Of a stretch of 64,000 nt of DNA, positions 57,344 through 64,000 are shown piece by piece; position 1 is the first letter of the stretch, and each line of letters opens with the position of its first letter. The notes below the pieces were generated by a model. The model was not told the DNA's origin. It did not search any database and worked only from the letters and a program-made list of their open reading frames with translations. The stretch lies in the IMG/VR virus record IMGVR_UViG_3300043399_001092, positions 15,320 through 79,319 of that record, one strand, 5' to 3'. The position numbers were made by a program, and so were the translations under genes. Source of the stretch: a virus.

Positions 57344-57610
57344 ATGGTTAGAAATGCAAAACTCAGACTGAAGTTCGATACAACGCTTCCAGATGGCCGA
57401 CCCATTGCCGCTGAAATGATTGTACACGGACGATGGTACAGTGGCTGTATGGCCACATTAGAACAACCTGCCGAGGATCCAGAGATTGACTATGTTCGTG
57501 TTGAAGCTGTCAATTTTGATCAGCACTACGCCGAACAAGTGTTGGACCAATGGCAGAACGAACACGGAATTGTTGAGGAACACCCGGGTTGGGAAATTGA
57601 TTACGACTGA
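57344..57610 (+). CDS. Hypothetical protein
   Basis: Operon packing. Confidence 0.65.
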   Translation: MVRNAKLRLKFDTTLPDGRPIAAEMIVHGRWYSGCMATLEQPAEDPEIDYVRVEAVNFDQHYAEQVLDQWQNEHGIVEEHPGWEIDYD

Positions 57611-58272
57611 TGAAGATCACCGTAAATAAATCCTTTCGCGGTATCCCGGAAGGACGGGTGTACGACTTTACGCTGCTGAGTACTTTTGGCTACATCATCA
57701 TTGTTGGTGAAAACGGTTGTGGTAAGAGTTCCATATTCCAAGCGTTGAGAGGTACTATACCCAATTCCACAAATTCCTTGAGGAAACATGATTTTGAAGA
57801 GATACGTGACAACATCACTGTTGAACACGACTTTGAGAAGATCTTTTTCCTTGATGCGGTTATGGATAACGGTAATGACTTCATGGTTGCTTTCGATGCT
57901 TCCCACTACATAGATTCCGGCGGTTACGCCAAGAAGAATCTATCACATGGTCAAGGTGCGCTCAGTGATCTAAACTTGTTCATCAACAGAATCAAAGACC
58001 AGATTGTACCTGGTAAGACACTGGTTGTACTGGACGAAGTAGATCACGGGTTGTCTTTGGTTAATCAAACTAAGTTTGTCAATGCTGTTGACTATTTGCT
58101 TCAACTTGGATGTAATGTCATTGCCATTAGCCATAATCCGTTTTTGATGATTCAGTGCAGTATTGTGTACAACTTTGCCGATTGCGACTTTGAAGCATCA
58201 GATAAGTACATTCAACGGACCGTGTCTTTTGACATCAAGAAGCACCGTCCCGATTCCGAACCTCAAACCTAA
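57610..58272 (+). CDS. Stand-alone ABC-type/AAA ATPase
   Basis: Walker A GENGCGKS, signature-like SHGQ, Walker B VVLDE, H-loop SHN. Confidence 0.85.
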   Translation: MKITVNKSFRGIPEGRVYDFTLLSTFGYIIIVGENGCGKSSIFQALRGTIPNSTNSLRKHDFEEIRDNITVEHDFEKIFFLDAVMDNGNDFMVAFDASHYIDSGGYAKKNLSHGQGALSDLNLFINRIKDQIVPGKTLVVLDEVDHGLSLVNQTKFVNAVDYLLQLGCNVIAISHNPFLMIQCSIVYNFADCDFEASDKYIQRTVSFDIKKHRPDSEPQT

Positions 58273-58277
58273 TTTGT

Positions 58278-58784
58278 ATGTCAGGAGGACACTTTCATTA
58301 CTATCAGCATCGCATAACAGAGATTGCGGATAGCATACAGGAGCTTATCGACACCAACGGTAAAGCACCACCGCAAACGGAAATGCAAAAGCTGCGCGAT
58401 GAAGAACCGTTCTATCGCGATTATCCTCAAGAGATTATCGAGGAGTTCAAGAAGACCGTCAGATTGCTCCGTGAAGGGTTTATTCGCGCTCACAGGATAG
58501 ATTACTTGGTCAGCGGTGATGATGGCGAGGATACCTTTGTAGAGAGCCTCAGAGAGCAATTATCGGAGCTGCCACCTGTTACACCGGACTACCGGTTGAG
58601 GGTGTTTTACGATGATGGTTCACTGGACGGTGACTATGCTGTCAACAAGGTATTTGTTGGTGACAGCGGTGAGATCAAAGCGGTTGCCGTAAACTGGTAT
58701 GATGACGAAACTTGGTTCTTCAATACACCGGGCGGTTACAAAAACAAGTACGGTAACTTGACAGCCAAGTTGTACCAGTTCTAA
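58278..58784 (+). CDS. Hypothetical protein
   Basis: MSGGHF.Y...IDYL.SGD.GE motif common in phage proteins. Confidence 0.7.
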   Translation: MSGGHFHYYQHRITEIADSIQELIDTNGKAPPQTEMQKLRDEEPFYRDYPQEIIEEFKKTVRLLREGFIRAHRIDYLVSGDDGEDTFVESLREQLSELPPVTPDYRLRVFYDDGSLDGDYAVNKVFVGDSGEIKAVAVNWYDDETWFFNTPGGYKNKYGNLTAKLYQF

Positions 58785-58818
58785 AAAAGTATTTTCCTAA
58801 CTTTCAAAAACCACTTTT

Positions 58819-59097
58819 ATGAAATTTATCAAAGGTCTTGACTTTAGAGGTGTTGGTACTATTGACGGAACCATATTTAAAGCCGAACCGTGTTCTTGGA
58901 GGTTTGAAATCCTCAAGCAAGATGGTAAGTTTGAGGCTTTTTATTACGAAAGCAAAGATGACATGGAGCCTCTTAGCTTAGGAGAATATGATACTGTTTC
59001 GGAAGCAATGGTATATTGCGCAAAGCACCATGAGGAAAAGGTGCTTAAGTTGTTGGACGACGACTTTGTAGAATTTGCAGAACAGTTCTTCTCTTAG
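58819..59097 (+). CDS. Hypothetical protein, paralog of 62838-63155
   Basis: Shared LG...T..EA...C.K.H....LKLL motif. Confidence 0.7.
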   Translation: MKFIKGLDFRGVGTIDGTIFKAEPCSWRFEILKQDGKFEAFYYESKDDMEPLSLGEYDTVSEAMVYCAKHHEEKVLKLLDDDFVEFAEQFFS

Positions 59098-59115
59098 AAC
59101 TCGTTAGCGTTGACA

Positions 59116-59149
59116 AAGGCCGTGTCTTAGGATGCGGCCTTATCTTTTT
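59116..59149 (+). terminator. Intrinsic terminator
   Basis: aaggccgtgtc/gatgcggcctt followed by atcttttt. Confidence 0.65.
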
Positions 59150-59167
59150 ACCTATCAACTATCAATC

Positions 59168-59497
59168 ATGGAAAGTTTAATTATTTACCAGGTTTACAAG
59201 AAGATTCAAATTGAAAATGAGGGAGAACCTTTGGGTATTCGTTACGAACATCAAGATTCTTTTAGGACTGAAGAGGGTGCTCAACGGTTTATCGAAAGAG
59301 AATTGGCAGAACTGGTAGAGAGTAAGAAAAGAATCTTTTCCGCTTTTGAAAATACCGAATTGTACAACGAAGAACAGCGGATAAACGATTCTTATGAAAT
59401 TCTCATGTTGAAGAAGAATCAGCAGTTCTTGGTCGAAGGTTCCATCAAACATGTAGCTTCCATATTTTACGTAGAACCTTATCGGTTGTCGGATTAA
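59168..59497 (+). CDS. Hypothetical protein
   Basis: ATG 59168 after a typical leader. Confidence 0.65.
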   Translation: MESLIIYQVYKKIQIENEGEPLGIRYEHQDSFRTEEGAQRFIERELAELVESKKRIFSAFENTELYNEEQRINDSYEILMLKKNQQFLVEGSIKHVASIFYVEPYRLSD

Positions 59498-59536
59498 TTG
59501 TCAGACACATTATCTTTAACTTCAAAATTTACTATC

Positions 59537-59902
59537 ATGGGTCAACACACTTTCTTTTACAAGGATGCCAACACTCTCCGGAATAAAGCAAAACTGGAGA
59601 AAATCCTCAACGGTCTTATAGAACGCTATGGTGTTCTTGATCCTCCCAAGGAAGTTGAATCCGTAATAAAACGTGTTTCAGATGAAATTGACGAACTGGA
59701 CGAGGACGAGGAATTGACTCGTGACTTGTTCAGAACCGGTAAACGTAACCCGGACGGTACTTACTACGAGAAGGATCTTCTGTCAAAGGAAGAAGTGCTT
59801 CAGTTCATAGAAGAGAACAAGGAGACTATCTTCTACTTTGACAAAGAAGGCTTTGATGAGTTTTGGGAGAAACATCCCAACGGAGCTGTACGTCTTCAGT
59901 AA
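59537..59902 (+). CDS. Hypothetical acidic protein
   Basis: ATG 59537 after a typical leader. Confidence 0.65.
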   Translation: MGQHTFFYKDANTLRNKAKLEKILNGLIERYGVLDPPKEVESVIKRVSDEIDELDEDEELTRDLFRTGKRNPDGTYYEKDLLSKEEVLQFIEENKETIFYFDKEGFDEFWEKHPNGAVRLQ

Positions 59903-59926
59903 TTTCATCACACTAAAATTTATCTT

Positions 59927-60574
59927 ATGGAAAAGGAGTTTAATTATTATCGTATCCGTGATAAATACCCAGAAAAATCATTTATGGGCATTCGTGACGG
60001 TAAAAGGATGTACCTTATTCAGCCTTCATGGTATTGCGATTGGTACTGGGGCTTTGGGTATTTGCAAAGTGCTGAAGAGCATAGACATGTAAGTAGCATA
60101 GTCAAAGAAAGCGGAAAGAACTTTCGTGATGCTCTTGTAGATTACTTTGGGGACAGTTTTGCCATACGTACATCCGATATCTGGAAGTTTGCGGAACTGT
60201 TCAAAACGTTTTATGCGCTCAAAGAAACAGCAGAGGTATTGGGTCGCGGTGGATCGCATCTTACAACCAATCCTTGTGCGGAGATCATCAAGAACCCGGA
60301 CGAGGTAACTCGTATCAACCAAGTTGTGATACCGGCTATCTTTGAGGCTATCTATGAGATCATAGAGCGCAACAAGGACAATAAGAAGAAGTTCAATAGG
60401 ATTGTGGAGTTGGCTGTTGAAGGTGATACTCTTGAGATTGTAAAGTTTATGATGAAACACTGGATTGCTCCGATGGACATCAACGGTATGGAAGGTATCA
60501 CCAAACATGACTATAACGTTATTCACTCAAAGTACTACGAGGTGTTTCATAGCCAGGGTATCATAGAGGAATAA
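59927..60574 (+). CDS. Hypothetical phage protein
   Basis: PSW.CDWYWGFGY motif; long ORF. Confidence 0.7.
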   Translation: MEKEFNYYRIRDKYPEKSFMGIRDGKRMYLIQPSWYCDWYWGFGYLQSAEEHRHVSSIVKESGKNFRDALVDYFGDSFAIRTSDIWKFAELFKTFYALKETAEVLGRGGSHLTTNPCAEIIKNPDEVTRINQVVIPAIFEAIYEIIERNKDNKKKFNRIVELAVEGDTLEIVKFMMKHWIAPMDINGMEGITKHDYNVIHSKYYEVFHSQGIIEE

Positions 60575-60670
60575 CTGAATGGTCAGAACAAATTTTCAAT
60601 TTTTGGGTTATTATTACGTGCGTTGGTGCATCCCCAGCACCATAGTACATGTGTGTTTATTTTATTTTCG

Positions 60671-60705
60671 AACGGTGTCGCAGAAATGTGGCACCGTTTA
60701 CTTTT
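60671..60705 (+). terminator. Hairpin/terminator
   Basis: aacggtgtcgca/tgtggcaccgtt followed by tactttt. Confidence 0.55.
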
Positions 60706-60731
60706 AGTATCAATCAATTACGAAACAAATC

Positions 60732-60760
60732 TGTCGCAAAAATTGGATATATTTGCGACA
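60732..60760 (+). promoter_or_regulatory. nrdB promoter -7 element (TATATTTG, 60748-60755) overlapped by an inverted repeat
   Basis: tgtcgcaaa-N11-tttgcgaca perfect 9-bp inverted repeat. Confidence 0.6.
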
Positions 60761-60799
60761 AAATCATATCAACCTATTTCATCATCTTAAACTTTATTC

Positions 60800-62764
60800 A
60801 TGGAAGTTCTACTTACACCCAATCCCAAACGTTTTGTCCTTCTTCCCATTCAACATGATGCTGTCTGGGAAATGTACAAAAAGGCTCAAGCATCCTTCTG
60901 GACAGCCGAGGAGATAGACCTCGGTGATGATCTTGCTCACTGGAACAAGTTGACAGATGATGAGAAGCATTTTGTCAAACACATTTTGGCGTTTTTTGCT
61001 GCATCCGACGGTATTGTCAATGAGAATTTGGCCATCAACATGTTGGAAACGGTACAGATTCCAGAAGCAAGGTGCTTCTATGGATTCCAGATTGCTATCG
61101 AGAACATTCATTGCGTTTCTCCGGACACAGTTATATTGACCGACAAGGGTTACGAAAGAATAGAAAACCTGAAAGATAAGTCGGTTCGAGTATGGAACGG
61201 CAAAGAGTTTAGTGCAACAACTGTTGTACAAACATCAGAGTCTTCTGCTCTATTTAGAGTTACCCTTGACAACGGAATGTATCTTGATTGTACGGATGGA
61301 CACAAATGGTTAATCAGAAAAGGTAATCCGTTGCATCCAGAACTTTGCAAAGAAGTTCGAACAGAAACCAAAGACCTTAAGGTTGGTGATATTTTAATGA
61401 ATTGGGATACAACTGTAGTTAATGTAGAAAATCCTGATTACTTTAAGAATCCTTATACTCACGGTTTTTTCTGCGGTGACGGCACTTTTACAAACAATTA
61501 TCCTTTTGTAAAACTGTATTCCAAAGGAAAAAAAGATTTGTTGCTTGAGCACTTGGCCGTTTCTTCTTCAAGAGTGGTTAAGGATGGTATTTGTTGCTAT
61601 TTGACAGATTGTTTGAACAAAGAGAAATTCTTTGTGCCAATAAATTACAGTGTAGAAACAAAGCTGCGTTGGTTGGAAGGATATGTTGATGCTGATGGCT
61701 GTGTAAAAAGAAGTTTGAAGAATGAAGATACTGCTATTCAAATTTCTTCTGTCAATTATCAATTTATCAAAGATGTTCAACTTATGCTTACTACTCTCGG
61801 AGTTGTTTCTTCAGTAAAACTGGTACGAGAAAAAGGAAAGTATCTTCTTCCTGACGGCAAAGGTAGCAACAAAGAATACGAGTGCGAAGAGGCATCTGTT
61901 TTGTATATCACTTGTTCGTCTGTGCAAAAGCTCAGGTCTTTGGGTTTTGCTCCAAAAAGATTAGAGCTTAGCGAAAAAGCTGTTTCTGAAAAACGAAAAC
62001 TTGTTCGTGTAAAATCCATTGAACAAGTAAGTTCAGACAGCCCTACCTATTGTTTTAACGAACCTCTTGAGCACAAAGGTGTCTTTAACGGAATACTTAC
62101 TGGTCAAAGTGAAACCTACAGTCTGCTGATTGATACCTACATCAAAGACCCGGCGGAAAAGGAACACCTGTTCAATGCCATTGAGACCATTCCCTGTGTA
62201 CAAGAGAAAGCAAAGTGGGCACTCAAGTGGATTGAGAACGCTCCGTCCTTTGCACACCGTCTTATTGCCTTTGCCGCTGTCGAGGGTATCTTCTTCTCCG
62301 GTTCCTTCTGCGCTATCTTCTGGTTGAAGAAGCGTGGATTGATGCCAGGGCTTACGTTCTCCAACGAACTCATCAGCCGGGATGAAGGTATGCACACCGA
62401 TTTCGCGTGTCTCATGTTCTCCATGCTGAACGAAAAACCTGACAAAGCAGAGATTACGTCTATCATTGCTGAAGCCGTGGAGTACGAAGTACAGTTTGTA
62501 TCTGAAGCACTACCGGTGTCCCTCATCGGTATGAACGCGGATATGATGACTGACTACATCTACTTTGTTGCAGACCGGTTGTTGGTATCCTTGGGTTGCG
62601 AAAAGATCTACGATGTTCAGAATCCGTTTCCGTGGATGGAAATGATTTCGTTGCAAGGTAAGACCAACTTCTTTGAGAAAAGGGTTGGTGAATACCAGAA
62701 GGCCAACGTAATGAACAACAATGACCCGGAGAGCAAAAAGATTACTTTTGATACGGAGTTCTAA
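60800..62764 (+). CDS. nrdB: Class Ia ribonucleotide reductase beta subunit, intein-containing
   Basis: [24 protein letters not shown]^[21 protein letters not shown] and NFFEKRV motifs; 322 aa after intein removal. Confidence 0.95.
   Translation: MEVLLTPNPKRFVLLPIQHDAVWEMYKKAQASFWTAEEIDLGDDLAHWNKLTDDEKHFVKHILAFFAASDGIVNENLAINMLETVQIPEARCFYGFQIAIENIHCVSPDTVILTDKGYERIENLKDKSVRVWNGKEFSATTVVQTSESSALFRVTLDNGMYLDCTDGHKWLIRKGNPLHPELCKEVRTETKDLKVGDILMNWDTTVVNVENPDYFKNPYTHGFFCGDGTFTNNYPFVKLYSKGKKDLLLEHLAVSSSRVVKDGICCYLTDCLNKEKFFVPINYSVETKLRWLEGYVDADGCVKRSLKNEDTAIQISSVNYQFIKDVQLMLTTLGVVSSVKLVREKGKYLLPDGKGSNKEYECEEASVLYITCSSVQKLRSLGFAPKRLELSEKAVSEKRKLVRVKSIEQVSSDSPTYCFNEPLEHKGVFNGILTGQSETYSLLIDTYIKDPAEKEHLFNAIETIPCVQEKAKWALKWIENAPSFAHRLIAFAAVEGIFFSGSFCAIFWLKKRGLMPGLTFSNELISRDEGMHTDFACLMFSMLNEKPDKAEITSIIAEAVEYEVQFVSEALPVSLIGMNADMMTDYIYFVADRLLVSLGCEKIYDVQNPFPWMEMISLQGKTNFFEKRVGEYQKANVMNNNDPESKKITFDTEF
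61112..62107 (+). mobile_element. Intein (332 aa) with LAGLIDADG endonuclease, C-terminal Gln
   Basis: Starts CVSPDT; block B CTDGHKW; GFFCGDG and LEGYVDADG motifs; ends NGILTGQ followed by Ser. Confidence 0.92.
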
Positions 62765-62837
62765 TTAAAACCTGTAACTTTGAAAGGGGGATGGAAACGT
62801 CTCCCTTTTGTATTTTATCACTTTTCAATCTTTCGTT

Positions 62838-63155
62838 ATGAGCATCACTAAAAACATTACTGCTTGTATCAAACCGTTGGTGTTTAACAGAGAAAATATT
62901 GCGCTTGGTATAAACCGGTATGTAATCAAACAAATACCCGTATATCATTCGGAAAAAGACCATGTTGTACTTTGGACAGCCGTTAAACATTCATTGAATC
63001 CAAACTACGACGCAAACCTAAATAAGGATTTAGGATTATTTGAAACCAAGCAAGAAGCGGTTGCAGCTTGTCAAAAGGAACACCGTTCGGACTTTCTGAA
63101 ACTGCTGAACGAAGATGGAAAAAGTCTTTTCAAACAGAATATAACCTTTTACTAA
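62838..63155 (+). CDS. Hypothetical protein, paralog of 58819-59097
   Basis: ATG 62838; shared C-terminal motif. Confidence 0.65.
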   Translation: MSITKNITACIKPLVFNRENIALGINRYVIKQIPVYHSEKDHVVLWTAVKHSLNPNYDANLNKDLGLFETKQEAVAACQKEHRSDFLKLLNEDGKSLFKQNITFY

Positions 63156-63164
63156 AACTGGAAT

Positions 63165-64000
63165 ATGATCCAGAAGCGTAACCTAAAGTCAATGGAAATC
63201 AAACCTTCCGGTAGATCTACGGATTATCTGTCACCGAGTTTTATCTTCGGCTGCGGATTCAACTGTAGTTATTGTACTTGCAAAAGGCATATACCGGAAG
63301 GGGTGGTTTACCATGAGAACGTGTCTGAGATGCTTACCGCTATCAACTGCCACTCTTGGTTTGCGGATGTACAGAAGCCGAATCAGACCGACCCACACTA
63401 CGTTACCTACGACATTGGATGCAACACCGACATTGGTTTACACGCATCCAAGATACCCTTACAGACCATCTTTGACTTCTTTGTGAGTCATCCGATTGCA
63501 AAAGCTTCTTTTGCTACCAAGTACGTAAACGACAAACTGCTTCAGTACAACCCCAAAGGTAAAGTACGGATACGGTTTAGTCTGATGCCGATCAAGTACT
63601 CGAACATCCTTGAACCCAATACTTCATCCATCGAATCCAGGATAGACGCTATTGACAGATTCGTGGATGCCGGGTATGAGGTACACATCAACTTCTCACC
63701 GGTCATTGTTGAGGACGGTTGGTTGAAGGAGTATGAGGAACTCTTCCGTATGGTTGACAGAATCACCCATAAGAGCGGCGTAAAAGCCGAGGTGATATTC
63801 TTGACCCATAATGAGAAGAAACACGCTTACAATGTATCCCAGGGCCTTCCAGGGGAGGATTTACTTTGGAAACCCGATATTCAGGAGGACAAAGTATCTC
63901 AACACGGAGGGAAGAACATCCGGTACAACCGTTTTGTCAAGTCCAAGTTTGTGCAGCAGTTCACGGGGCTGCATGGAGGTATCATTCCGTGGAACACCAT
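63165..64000 (+). CDS. Spore photoproduct lyase-like radical SAM protein (3'-partial; not in ORF track)
   Basis: MIQKRNLKSMEIKPSGRSTDYLSPSFIFGCGFNCSYCTCKRH (CxxxCxxC); later YDIGCNTD, FATKYVN, RIRFSLMP and VHINFSPVI match the SplB-family layout. Confidence 0.85.
   Translation, partial: MIQKRNLKSMEIKPSGRSTDYLSPSFIFGCGFNCSYCTCKRHIPEGVVYHENVSEMLTAINCHSWFADVQKPNQTDPHYVTYDIGCNTDIGLHASKIPLQTIFDFFVSHPIAKASFATKYVNDKLLQYNPKGKVRIRFSLMPIKYSNILEPNTSSIESRIDAIDRFVDAGYEVHINFSPVIVEDGWLKEYEELFRMVDRITHKSGVKAEVIFLTHNEKKHAYNVSQGLPGEDLLWKPDIQEDKVSQHGGKNIRYNRFVKSKFVQQFTGLHGGIIPWNT

Noticed and set aside
1-64000. Stop-codon reassignment as in some crAss-like phages
   Set aside because: Core genes are intact in the standard code, TAA/TAG/TGA all terminate genes, and no suppressor tRNA was found
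1-64000. CRISPR array, DGR or invertible fibre cassette
   Set aside because: No regularly spaced repeats, reverse transcriptase or recombinase seen; fibre duplications are diverged at the DNA level

Overview
The window is a 64-kb piece of a crAss-like (Crassvirales-type) phage genome read in the standard genetic code. TAnnTTTG promoter elements, G-poor SD-less leaders and Gln-after-signal-peptide secreted proteins point to a Bacteroidota host. Positions 1-45 kb form one minus-strand virion/packaging/lysis block: partial zincin-containing virion RNA polymerase-like protein, giant cargo proteins, muzzle/ring/fibre proteins, major capsid protein, scaffold, portal, terminase and M15 endolysin. 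From ~45.5 kb the + strand carries small early/accessory genes, an AcrIII-1 (DUF1874) ring nuclease, an intein-split RNR beta subunit and a spore-photoproduct-lyase-like radical SAM gene. The most unusual part is the non-coding RNA content of the early region. It includes a ~360-nt RNA with about five tandem pseudoknots followed directly by a tRNA whose anticodon loop is collapsed; three more tRNA-shaped RNAs with largely intact acceptor/D/T arms but shrunken or greatly expanded anticodon arms; and a permuted (Y-RNA-like) tRNA fold. The only canonical tRNA found, Arg-UCU, is split by a group I intron with an antisense HNH endonuclease gene and a candidate internal promoter. Base pairings were read by eye; no folding or database search was run.
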